Source: Octopus sinensis
Lineage: Eukaryota
NCBI RefSeq assembly: GCF_006345805.1
Contig: NC_043001.1
Location: 112,902,001 to 112,966,000 of the forward strand
Direction of reading: 5' to 3'
DNA length: 64,000 bases
The notes beneath the pieces are model-generated. The model was not told where the DNA came from, made no database searches, and was given only the letters and a program-made list of their open reading frames with translations. Both the position numbers and the translations under genes were made by a program. Positions 27,771-39,234 of the stretch are shown piece after piece (position 1 is the stretch's first letter; each line of letters begins with the position of its first letter).

Positions 27771-28038
27771 TTTATTTAAAGCAGCAGAAAATTCAACAAA
27801 ATCTGTTACTCTGAGTTTCTCGTTGCCGTTCATCAGACAGTTTTTGCTAGAATGGAACCGATATATCAATTGATATATCGGTTCCATTCTAGCAAAAACT
27901 GTCTGATGAACGGCAACGAGAAACTCAGAGTAACAGATTTTGTTGAATTTTCTGCTGCTTAAAATAAAGCATATTACTCTATCACTGGTATTTGAGTACT
28001 CTTTTTTCCACCTTGTTTCACATTTATGTGTTTACTCC

Positions 28039-28040
<2 letters not shown>
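27770..28040. mobile_element. Inverted-duplicated, hammerhead-bearing module inserted in (TA)n (putative Penelope-like inverted pLTR)
   Basis: Palindrome 27770-27969 centred on 27869/27870, with 1 mismatch in 100 bp. The right arm continues about 70 bp. (TA)n on both sides. Confidence 0.7.
27894..27941 (+). ncRNA. Minimal type I hammerhead ribozyme motif (mirror copy at 27798-27845, minus strand)
   Basis: AAAA-A-CTGT / CTGATGA / A-CG-GCAA-CG-A / GAA / ACTC-A-GAGT / A / ACAG-A-TTTT. All three stems and both core strands are present. The stem II closing pair is an A.A mismatch. Confidence 0.65.
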
Positions 28041-28088
<48 letters not shown>

Positions 28089-29559
28089 TAGATAGATAGA
28101 TATATACACACTTTTCTCCCAAATTTACACTTATGCATATGCTAAAGCTTACTATTAGAAACATAGTTATCGAGTTTGTTTGATATCTTGCATTGCTTAT
28201 CTCAGTAATAATAATGGTAGACATTGTCATTATAACACTGACTACCCCACTGTTATCTTCATCACTATCATTGCCATCACCATCATTACTGCAATCATTA
28301 CTGACATTATTATCATGATCACCTGCACCATAATCACCATCATTACCACAACCACCATCATTACTACTTCCACATTAATGATCATCAACATCATTACTCC
28401 TACCTCATCATCATTGTATACTGTTGATATTGTACTGAATCAGAATATCTCCTATTGTTTCCATCGGAGTTACCACTACACCTTTCAAAGCTATTGTTAA
28501 TGGAAAGGCATTGTAATTATCATCGCATCTTCCTTGACATCATTTTCATATCTTTACTTCCATTCTGGGTTGGATGCGTCTGCACTGGTGCATAATTTCA
28601 TTATTTTTGATTCTGTGTTAACTCTGGTCTGTGAGGTCCAGATGCGCTTAAATCTTATCATGATTAAGACTCCATTGTCTCAATAACGAGATCTCGGAAT
28701 GATCTCAATTTGATACAACCTGAATATAAGGATTCTCAGTCAAAGATGGTAAGTTCAAGCTAAAAGAAGGATCAAGCACAAGACTGCTATTATTTCTATT
28801 GCAAGATTCATATCAGTGTAACCTCACACACATACATGCACACACACACACACCAACTAATTAATATATTGAACAATGTCTTTAAATAAGATTGTATACA
28901 GTTTTGCTAGTTAATAATCTTTTGTCGATTTGTGTGCCTGTATGTGTGTAGATATGTATTCTAATATTTCACTTAGACATTCACTCATAAAGTCTGTATG
29001 TTTTGAAAATTTAACATTCCCAAGTAAAGTGCACTTCATATTCAAGATGAAGCTAGAGGATGTTATCCTGGTACTCAACTAAGAGTCCACCACATCCTAT
29101 AACAGAAACAGCTGTAAGGTAATGAAGTTCAGTACATAACATTTGCTTTTTCTGGTGTCATCTCTTTCTTTCTACGTAGGTATATATATATATGTATGTG
29201 TGCAACAGCAAATGCCCACAATCGCATATGTGCATATTCATATAGAATTAATTCTTTGCATCCAAACTCTGTAAAAGACGTCGATTTTTACTGCAGGATC
29301 CTGAACAGTTAAAGTGTTCTTCAAAATCCATAGCAGTAAAATGATTGAACTATATTTATTCTCTATCAAAATATATGCTGGGGGTCTTAATCTTAAGCTT
29401 TAGATCTCTCAAAGAACATTTATTCGAGTTGGGGGTGAGGTAGTTCACAAATTGTGCCAGATGCAATTTGTGTGTATGGAGACATTTAGATGCATGTGCT
29501 TCCTACTCAAGTTTGCTACATAGAGATTCTGCCTTCCTAGATTTCTAGTGAATTGTTGT

Positions 29560-30090
29560 ACTCTTGAGAAGATGTGCCAAGCTAAGTAAAACATGACCAT
29601 CCATACACACAGGCATGTCCTTTGCTGGTGCTGGTGTCATGTAAAATGCAGGCCTGCGCCGGTCGCCCTGTGCTCCGCCGCGTCACCGTGCCCGATATCG
29701 AAAGAATGAGCCGAAGTTCGCTGTACCGCCCACGTACACACATGGACGTACCCGCGACCGATGCCGGAAGGCTGTCATGAGATACACGCGGTCGATACAG
29801 TGACGTGGTCCATTCCGTAAATTCCCGAAAGATGACAACTGCGGCTAGTATAGGTAGGGGCTGCCAGCGGCAGGCTTGCTTGGTGCTGTGTAAACATGAC
29901 TGCACCACTGGCATGTAAAAAGCACCCAGCACACTCTGTAAAGTGCTGGGCATTAGGAAGGGCATCCGGCTGTAGAAACCATACCAAATCAGACATTTGT
30001 AGTCTGGACAGCTCTCTGGCTGGCCAGTTCCTGTCAGACTGTCCAATCCATGCCAGTATGAAAAAATGGATGTTAAATAATGATGATGTT
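29560..30090 (+). mobile_element. Diverged family C element interrupted by a GC-rich foldback insert
   Basis: The left flank matches the extended 5' part seen at about 44390-44450. The right flank has GGAAGGGCATCCGGCTGTAGAAAC and an (ATG)n tail. Confidence 0.7.
29648..29879. other. CpG-rich imperfect rod-like inverted repeat of unknown origin
   Basis: About 60% GC and about 26 CpG by hand count. Multiple complementary blocks share one symmetry axis. Bounded by GCAGGCCTGC and GCAGGCTTGC. Confidence 0.75.
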
Positions 30091-30540
30091 GACTTGATCC
30101 AGCCTTTTACTTAGACTTTGGTCACTGCGAATGTTTTGATTTCACTATTCGTATTTCTGTTTCATGTAGTGACACATCTGGAAATCCAATCTGTGTAGTC
30201 AACCCAACAGAGCCCTTAACTTGTTATATTCACTTCATAGACAACACCATCACTTTGTGAAATAACAGTGCTAATTACATCACTGGTTCTCAGTAACATC
30301 TGTGATACTTGATTATTTTAATGTAGAATTAAGTTATTTTGAGACAAATGGCATACTATTTAGAGTAGGAATTCAAAAGCATTCATAATATCTGGGATAA
30401 ATTGCAAGTGCAGAAGAACCTGTCAGGGTGCGTCTGTACTGAAAATTCATAAGTAGGTTGTATTAAATAACTGTTTTGGCTTTAATATTTAAACAGATTT
30501 TATTTTCATATGGGTTCTCAACAGACACCTTTGGACTTGA

Positions 30541-30810
30541 ATCATCATCATCCTCATCCTTTAACGTCCGTTTTGCATGCTAGCATGGGTTGGACGGTTT
30601 TGACTGAGGGCTGGCAACCAGATGGATGCACCAGGCTCCAGTCTTGATCTGGCAGAGTTTCTACAGCTGGATGCCCTTCCTAACGCCAACCACCTCGAGA
30701 GTGTAGTGGGTGCTTTTTACGTGCCAGTCAGGTGGCACTGGCAATGACCTCGCTCGAATCTTTTTACATGTGCCCACCGTCACAGGTGCCAGTGAAGCGA
30801 CATTGGTGGG
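30541..30810 (-). mobile_element. Family C retroposon
   Basis: (CAT)n tail, CATGCTAGCATGG, CTGGATGCCCTTCCTAACGCCAACC, internal repeat units. Confidence 0.88.
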
Positions 30811-31044
30811 CAAAATGTCTTCCCATGTGGTTGCGGTTTCTCATCTGTACTTTAGACAGTTGGTTTCTTTTGACTTTGGACAAAATCTTATAGTTTCAAA
30901 GGAAAGGAATGATGTGCTGCCCTTTTTGTTTCCTTTTTGTGATTAGCAGCATAAATGGAGATACTTTGAATTATTGAAACCTGGTTGGGGAATGTCAACT
31001 AACTAAGAATTGAACCTTTTCGAAATATAATTGTTGCTACAAAG

Positions 31045-31500
31045 GTAGTGAACTGGCAGAATTGTTTGCATGCTGGGTAAAAATGCTTAGCAGCATTTTG
31101 CCTGTCTTACCTTCTGAGTTCAAATTCCACTGAAATCACTTTGTCTTTTATCCTTTCAGGGCTGAGAAATTAAGTATTAGTTGAGTATTGAAATCAATGT
31201 AATTGAGTTACTCTGCCCCCCCCCCAACCAAAAAAAATTACTGGCCTTGTACCAAAACTTGAAACCAATATTCATGACTTTAAGGCAGCAAACTGGCAGA
31301 ATTGTTTGCATGTTGGGCAAAATGTTTAGTGACATTTTGCCTGTCTTTATGTACTGAGTTCAAATTCGACCTAAGTCAGCTTAGCCTTTTATCCTTTTGG
31401 GGTCAGTAAAATAAGTACCATTTAAGTACTGGGGGTGATGTAATCGACTTACACTCTCCCCCAGAATTGCTGGCCTTGTGCCAAAATTTGACACCAGTGT
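31045..31500 (+). mobile_element. Two diverged SINE-B copies in tandem
   Basis: AACTGGCAGAATTGTTTGCATG occurs twice (about 31051 and 31290), each followed by GAGTTCAAATTC and the central domain. Confidence 0.8.
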
Positions 31501-31589
31501 AATTGTTGCTGCTGCTTACAAAAAGAATATTTAATGATAATAAATGTTTCTAGCTTTTGACATGAGAAGTAGGATATAGTCTGTTAGCG

Positions 31590-31866
31590 TCGCCTTGACT
31601 GGCTTCCGTGCCGGCGGCACGTAAAAAGCACCAATCCGATCGTGGCCATTGCCAGCCTCGCCTGGCACCTGTGCCAGTGGCACGTAAAAAGCACCCACTA
31701 CATTCACGGAGTGGTTGGCGTTAGGAAGGGCATCCAGCTGTAGAAACACTGCCAGATCAGACTGGAGCCTGGTGCAGCCTTCTGGCTTCTCAGATCCCCG
31801 GTTGAACCGTCCAACCCATGCTAGCATGGAGAACGGACGTTAAACGATGATGATGATGATGATGAT
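31590..31866 (+). mobile_element. Family C retroposon with about 2 internal repeat units
   Basis: Core and (GAT)n tail as in the other copies. Confidence 0.9.
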
Positions 31867-32377
31867 AATATCGGTTATATAGTCTATTAGATTTATCCTC
31901 ACTCCCATCCTCCACATGAATGATACTCATTATTTCATTGCTCTGAAATGAAAAGACGTGTATTCCGAAGATATTCAAACACATTTCTCTGGATACTGAT
32001 GGTACTTCAGTCAACCACTTCATCTGCATCTCCTTCAATAAAGCAGCATTTCACTGTAATTAACTACCGTGTTAATTGATAATTGACATTTTTCTTTAAT
32101 TTACCAAACTTTTCAGCTCAGTTTTTGGACATCTTCTACATCATTGTTGTTTGACCTGCTAGAAATATCAACCAAATCTCCTTCAAACCATACCCTACCA
32201 TCTTAGAAAAATACCATGTCTGATATTCTAGTCTCGGTCATACTAGTCTAGGAAAAAAAAAAAAAGAAAATAAAAAAGGATTGCATGGCTGAGTGGCTTT
32301 CTTCATTTGTCTGTTGGATCAGTATTGACTTGGGGACTAAACAACTATTGATGATATATAGTAATATATGGCCCGTA

Positions 32378-32740
32378 GCACCATCCATTCGTGGCTGTTG
32401 CCAGCCTCGCCTGGCCCCCCGTGCCGGTGGCACGTAAAAGCACCATCCGTTCGTGGCCGTTTGCCAGCTCCGTCTGGCACCTGTGCAGGTGGCACGTAAA
32501 AAGCACCATCTGATCGTGGCCGTTGCCAGCCTCGCCTGGCACCTGTGCGGGTGGCACGTAAAAAGCACCCACTACACTCACAGAGTGGTTGGCGTTAGGA
32601 AGGGCATCCAGCCGTAGGAACACTGCCAGATCAGACTGGACCTGATGCAGCCTTCTGGCTTCACAAACCCCAGTTGAACCGTCCAACCCATGCTAGCATG
32701 GAAAGCGGACGCTAAATGATGATGATGATGACGATGATAT
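32378..32740 (+). mobile_element. Family C retroposon with a ~62-bp tandem array
   Basis: GCCAGC unit starts at 32400, 32463 and 32525, followed by core and tail. Confidence 0.9.
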
Positions 32741-33801
32741 ATTGACCATATATGGTAATAAAAGTAATTTGATTACTATTTTTAACTGGTTCTAAGATAA
32801 AGAAATGTTTAGTTTTGCTTTTTTTTTTGTTAAATATTTCCTTTTTTTTTTTGCCCCCTTTCTTTTTCCCCAACACTGATAACTATATCAGGAATATATT
32901 AGTATCTATTTCTCTGATGGGTAGATTGAGCAAATTGTCTTGTTTAATGACACAGCATCAACACAACAGATACCAACAGAATTATTATATTTACAACTAC
33001 TGAAATATCTCCCCCCCCCTTTTTTTTTCTATCTGTAATGCTTTTTTATCTACAGCCAAAGAATATTGTTCATGTTAGTTTCAAAGTAACCACTTCTCTA
33101 CATATCAATAGCATGTTTACTATCATGTTTATTGAATTTCAGTCAGATGGTAATACAGGCATGTACAACCAACCAACCAGTCAGAAGTGAGGATACTTCA
33201 TTTTTTCTTTCTTTCCCCCCCTTTTTTTTTTTTCGAGAAGTGAAAAGAAATAATAAAATCTAAAAGACATCAAATGTAAAACTAAATTCTGTGTAATACT
33301 GAGGATATGGAGAGAATATTCTCCATGGATATTATATATTTTTTTCTTCCAATTTTTTTTTTTTTAGTTTCTCCTTAGGCAAGGAAGGCTTTTTGGAAAG
33401 CCACTTGCTCTACATAGCTACATAGCTTAAGACCGTCTCTCATCACTTCACCACCTGCATGAATGGCCATTTGAGAAGATGCTTGAGCTAAAACAATAGC
33501 AAACAACACTTACCATTCACAAAACAACCACTATAATGATGATGATGATGATGGTAATAATGATGATGATGATGATGATAATAATAAAATACATCTAACA
33601 ACTATGACAAGCAAATTAGTAAATGGTCCTTTAGAAATGTTACCTTTAAGGTCAGTTAATAACATTTCAAATTCAATCTGCAGTATATTATGTGCATCTG
33701 TTGATTAATTCCTTGAGATTATACAAAACGCCATCACAGCAAAGCCTGAAGGCTGCATGTGTTGGTTGGAGCGGATGTTTAGGAGAGGGTTACTAGAATG
33801 A

Positions 33802-33854
<53 letters not shown>

Positions 33855-33947
33855 TGTATGTGAGAATGAGCGAAAGAGAGAACATGTTTTAAAATAAGAC
33901 GAGAGTGAGACACAGGCTGAGAAAATGTAAAGAGAAAGGGAAAAATA

Positions 33948-33986
<39 letters not shown>

Positions 33987-34202
33987 AGAGAGTGAAAGAG
34001 GGAGAGAGAGAGAGGGAGGGAGTGAGGGAGATGCTGAAGAAGGGCAAAATATACAAAAAAAAAACAAAGATAAGTAGAGATGAAATAAAATAATCAAAAT
34101 TAAAGAGAGGTAAATAGATAAAGATAGATTGTTTGGGGATAAAAATGAAAGAAAATAAACGGAAACAGTGTGCGTTTATAATGTGTGTGTCATTGATGTA
34201 TG

Positions 34203-34205
<3 letters not shown>

Positions 34206-34242
<37 letters not shown>

Positions 34243-34423
34243 CATACACATGTACACGTATATACATATACAGGTAAATGATGAAGAGGAATGGTGAGGG
34301 AAGAGGGAGGTCTTCGTTATGTTACATCAACAGATGATGTGACCATAGATGCTAATTAGAATGTTTCTACCCAACTACATCATATACATCATTTGTTAGC
34401 CATGGGTGTATGTTGTTGTTTCG

Positions 34424-34454
<31 letters not shown>

Positions 34455-34945
34455 CATGTGTGTGTGCGTGTGTGTGTGTGTGTGTTTGTATGTGTGTGTG
34501 GCTTGAGGACATTATCATCAGTGTCTAAGGTTTGTTTAATAATACTCAGGAATTTATGAAGGATCTTACTGACCTTGTTACCATGGAAACTCCTTTGCTG
34601 TAGTCTCTTGTTGTTGTTGTTGTCATTGTGGTTGATGATGTTTTAGCAAGAATATTCAGGAGAGAAAGAAAATCAGATTGCAATTTTTTTCTTACCTTGT
34701 ATATTTACATAACCTGTACGTCACACGTGTTTGTGCATATGTCTCTCAGTGCTCTGTGTGTATGTATGATTCTCTGTGTGTATGTGTTGGTTGTTATATA
34801 TATATATATATATATATATATTTAGTACAAGACTCTACCAGTATCAAAGCTAAATAATATCAATCAAATATTCCATAATGATAATGAACATCATCTTGAT
34901 ATTGACACAAGTATTTAAAAAACATCAAGTAAACGAAAGCACATG

Positions 34946-35039
<94 letters not shown>

Positions 35040-35765
35040 CACACACACATATATACATACACATGTACACGTATATACATATACAGGTAAATGATGAAGA
35101 GGAATGGTGAGGGAAGAGGGAGGTCTTCGTTATGTTACATCAACAGATGATGTGACCATAGATGCTAATTAGAATGTTTCTACCCAACTACATCATATAC
35201 ATCATTTGTTAGCCATGGGTGTATGTTGTTGTTTCGGTGTGTGTGTGTGTGTGTGTTGTGTGTGTGTGTGTATGTGTGTGTGTATGCATGTGTGTGTGTG
35301 TGTGTGTGTGTGGCTTGAGGACATTATCATCAGTGTCTGAGGTTTGTTTAATAATACTCAGGAATTTATGAAGGATCTTACTGACCTTGTTACCATGGAA
35401 ACTCCTTTGCTGTAGTCTCTTGTTGTTGTTGCTGTTGTTGTTGTCATTGTGGTTGATGATGTTTTAGCAAGAATATTCAGGAGAGAAAGAAAATCAGATT
35501 GCAATTTTTTTCTTACCTTGTATATTTACATAACCTGTACGTCACACGTGTTTGTGCATATGTCTCTCAGTGCTCTGTGTGTATGTATGATTCTCTGTGT
35601 GTATGTGTTGGTTGTTATATATATATATATATATATATATATTTAGTACAAGACTCTACCAGTATCAAAGCTAAATAATATCAATCAAATATTCCATAAT
35701 GATAACGAACATCATCTTGATATTGACACAAGTATTTAAAAAACATCAAGTAAACGAAAGCACAT

Positions 35766-35845
<80 letters not shown>
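34206..35845. repeat. ~815-bp near-identical tandem duplication bounded by (CA)n tracts
   Basis: CAGGTAAATGATGAAG at 34271 and 35084. The unique sequence differs by about 2 substitutions plus microsatellite length. Confidence 0.95.
34577..34590. promoter_or_regulatory. Candidate RFX X-box (duplicated at 35389-35402)
   Basis: GTTACCATGGAAAC matches the X-box consensus GTTNCCATGGNAAC. Motif match only. Confidence 0.4.
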
Positions 35846-35943
35846 TTGTGTATAGAAACATGTACCACATGATTAGCTGCTACACAGAACCAACTAATAA
35901 TGTTCATCAAATGAATTGTGTGTTTAGCTATGTTATATATATG

Positions 35944-36014
<71 letters not shown>

Positions 36015-36589
36015 GAGAGAGTACTGTAATGCATAGAATAGTTATTGGTTATATTTCTGTAAATATGCTTAGTCCTGCTGTGAAGAAATGCTTTTGGTTG
36101 ATCTCTAATTAGTGACTAAAATATTGTAATCTTTGAATGTCTCTGGAGTCTTTGTAAACTAAGTATACTTGTCATGCATTAAAAAGAGGCATCTTAATAA
36201 ATATTCTCATAATATAGAATGTGTAGTTATTGATTTGGCTGCTATGTCGTGCAGGTTGATTGACCACGCAAATGTTTCCTCAGTGGTTTGGTTGAAGAGG
36301 TGCATGTACTACCTATTCAGGAATTTTATTGTTTCAGCTGAATAGAACTTTATTTCTATGTTGTCTCAGTTTATCTGGCTGTGAAGTCATCTGACAATAT
36401 ACTTAGAGCAGTGGTTCCCAAACTATGAGTCGCGACCCACAGATGGGTTCCCAAACTATGAGTCGTGACCCACAGATGGGTTCCCAAACTATGAGTCGCG
36501 ACCCACAGATGGGTTCCCAAACTATGAGTCGCGACCCACAGATGGGTCACAAACGGAATCCTAGTGGGTCACAAAAAGTTATAAAATTA

Positions 36590-37190
36590 CGCATTATCGA
36601 TTTATCCGAAGAGTCTTCCTTGAAAATGACTTTTAACACCCGAAAATTGGTACAGTTCTAGGCGTCTCTTCAAACCTCGTACCCAATCATTTCCATCGAA
36701 GCATTAAAAGTACTTCTCCCTTTCACATCTCTCTCTATATAAACGGCAGTTTGTCTGTCTGTGTGTCTGTGTGTCTGTCAGGTTGTACCCTCACCCTGAC
36801 CACGGCTTTCAACCGATTCTGATGAAACTTGACACACACATAGCCCAATGTCATAATTCAAAACTAACGCAGTGAAAATTTTGAAAAGTTCCCCCAGTTC
36901 TGAAAAAAAATCGATAAATTCGACATGGGTCGAGAATCTAGGACTAGATTGAGATTAGTCGTTGCCTACTAGGGGCGCTTACATACCCGGGCAACGCCGG
37001 GCTATGCTGCTAGTCATCTTATATTTGTGAAGTTGGATTTTCAGCAATGGTTGGGATTACAAGCAAATATCGAAATAAACTGCAACTCTCAAATTCTTTA
37101 CGCCTGAAACTATCACGCATTGAACCTGATGTTAATTCTATTATTGAGCGTAGCAAGAAACAGGCTCATCCTTCTCACAGGCCTCACTGA
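36590..37190 (+). pseudogene. hAT transposase C-terminal dimerisation-domain remnant split by a Helitron
   Basis: Removing 36728-37013 restores the frame: IDLSEESSLKMTFNTRKLVQF*ASLQTSYPIISIEALKVLLPFT|SSYICEVGFSAMVGITSKYRNKLQLSNSLRLKLSRIEPDVNSIIERSKKQAHPSHRPH*. Confidence 0.9.
36728..37013 (+). mobile_element. Non-autonomous Helitron 1
   Basis: 5' TC, (GTCT)-type microsatellite, 3' hairpin CCCGG-GCAACG-CCGGG, CTAG end. Inserted between host A and T with no TSD. Confidence 0.9.
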
Positions 37191-37198
37191 AGATGTAA

Positions 37199-37564
37199 TC
37201 TTTATATATAAAAGTAAGGTTGTGTGCTGTCTGTCTTCTACGATTTAGATCCCTAACTACTCCCACATTTTGCGGTGCAGTTTAACCAAAACCGGGTATC
37301 TTATCGTCGTGATTCATATCGAGCCCTTCTGGGTATTAGCGCGCGTCTACGATGAGTCTACGATTTAATGCATTTTTTTCGCTATTATATACGGGAAGTA
37401 ACTCTCTAAAAATGTCTACGATGAGTCAACGATTTAAAAAAATTTACCATCACTTTTTTCCATTTTTAATGCAATTTTTTGCTATTTTTTGGCTATAACT
37501 CTCTAAAAATGCTTATATAGTTATTTCCCTTACAAACCCGAGCAACGCCGGGCGATACTGCTAG
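37199..37564 (+). mobile_element. Non-autonomous Helitron 2
   Basis: 5' TCTTTATATATAAAA, 3' CCCGAGCAACGCCGGG hairpin, CTAG end, A|T insertion site. Confidence 0.88.
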
Positions 37565-37689
37565 TCTGAAATAAATTTGTTACTTTCATTAATGTTTTTA
37601 CTCAGTAGAGTTAAGTGGGTCGTCATAAACTGGTGTGATAAATAGTGGGTCGCAACTCTAAAAAGTTTGGGAACCACTGACTTAGAGTA

Positions 37690-37810
37690 TATTCTTTTCT
37701 ACTCTAGGCACAAGGCCTGGAATTTTTGGGGTACTTAATTTATCGATCCTGAAAGGATGAAAGGCAAAGTCAACCTCAGCAGAATTTGAACTCATAATTT
37801 AAAGACAGAC
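37690..37810 (-). mobile_element. SINE-B fragment
   Basis: GAAAGGATGAAAGGCAAAGTCAACCTCAGCAGAATTTGAACTC. Confidence 0.75.
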
Positions 37811-37827
37811 AATGTGTATCTTTATGT

Positions 37828-38204
37828 GTTTATCCGAATCGTGGCCGATGCCAGCACCGCCTCGACTGGCTTCCGTGTCGGCGGCACATAAAAAGCACCA
37901 TCCGAATCGTGGCTGAAGCCAGTGCCGCCTCGACTAGCTTCCGTGCAGGTGGCACATAAAATGCACCAATCCGACCATGGCCGATGCCAGCCTCGCCTGG
38001 CACCAGTGCAGGTGGCACGTAAAAAGCACCCACTACACTCATGGAGTGGTTGGCATTAGGAAGGGCATCCAGCTGTAGAAACATTGCCAGATAAGACCAG
38101 AGCCTGGTGCAGCCTTCTGGCTTCCCAGATCCCCGGTCGAACCGTCCAACCCATGGAGAACAGACGTTAAACAATGATGATGATGATGATGATGATGATG
38201 ATGC
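37828..38204 (+). mobile_element. Family C retroposon with 3-4 repeat units
   Basis: Repeated GGCACATAAAA..CACC..TCCGA units, core, (GAT)n tail. Confidence 0.9.
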
Positions 38205-39234
38205 ATTTCAACAAAAATATGGTAGCAAATGGATTAAATCTAGATTTACTTCTCACATACTGCTTTTTCTATATTTTCTGAAATTTCAGTCAATCAATTT
38301 TATCAAAGTTTTCTCTTACTTGTTGCTTAGAGAGGGTTTTTTTTGCCATCTTAATTACTTGAATAATTTTCAATTGAGTGAAGTTTTTCAACTCTATTAT
38401 ATATGCGAAACCCTATGATATTCTGATTTTTTGTATGTTTGTTATAAATTATAAAAAAAGACACAAGTTGACCTCTACATTGTATTTGAATAGTTCCTTC
38501 TTTTCTTTTCTTTAACTACCATTATGTAATTATGTCAGTGCGTTATTAGTCTCAGAGAGTTTTTGACTATCAGTATGTTTGGTAGCTATGAAGAATGAAA
38601 AAAGCTAGTGGTTTCAGGCTCTAACCTTCTGCTGAATCTTTTTGTACTTCTGTATTTTTTTCATTTGCTTTCTCTCTGTTTTTGTATTAAAGTTTTTGTA
38701 TTAAAGTTTTTGTATTAAAGTAATATATGACCACTAAACATTTAATTATATTTTATTCATTCAATTATTTCTAATTTACATCCTTCTTCATTTTTAATTT
38801 CCTGATAGTGTTAGGCCAATTTCTGTATACATTCTTATTGCTGTATGTGTTTTTTTTTTTTTTTTTTTGTCTTGTCATTTTGCTATTCAGATATATAGCA
38901 AAATTTATGTGAAGAAACTGAAGTAAAAGTAATTAATATGCTTCTTCCAATACCATTTTTGTAGCAGTGATTTTTAACTCATTATTTATAGGCATAGCAC
39001 ATGAAGCAATTAAGAAAACACACACAGTTTTGTTAATCTGAGTTGGAAGGACAGTGTTATTTGCTTTCATAATAAGCCTCCCTAAATTGGAATGAACGGA
39101 CAGTGTTAAATGATGTTCATGTTTAATTTGAATTCAAGTTAATTGGTGGAACTAGATATGTAGTGAACCAGAGAAAGATGATTGTCAAAGGAAGTTGAAC
39201 TGAGAAATATGCTTCATTTGTGCTTTTGGAGAAT

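Larger units (their letters stand above)
36409..37679 (+). mobile_element. Non-autonomous hAT (Charlie/Buster-like) element with 8-bp TSD
   Basis: Perfect 16-bp TIRs CAGTGGTTCCCAAACT. ACTTAGAG at 36401-36408 and 37680-37687. Four 33-bp subterminal repeats at 36413-36545. Confidence 0.95.

Noticed and set aside
29708-29740. GAGCCG...CACGTAC, similar to group II intron domain V
   Set aside because: Lacks the GNRA-capped hairpin, the closing GGTTC and domain VI.
31531-31827. Recurrent minus-strand [11 protein letters not shown]...[16 protein letters not shown] (also 32345, 37830, 49626)
   Set aside because: Antisense reading of the family C repeat; the frame is not conserved between copies.
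34271-34300. CAG|GTAAATGATGAAGAGG, resembling the start of the real exon
   Set aside because: No pyrimidine tract, a stop after 7 codons, and no PDZ similarity beyond VN.
36413-36545. CRISPR-like periodicity (33-bp here; 62-bp at 32400 and 49619)
   Set aside because: Contiguous tandem units with no unique spacers, located inside transposons, with no cas genes.
36819-36830. CTGATGAAAC in Helitron 1 as a hammerhead core
   Set aside because: No room for stem II; it is part of the ACCGATTCTGATGAAACTT motif typical of Helitron-like elements.
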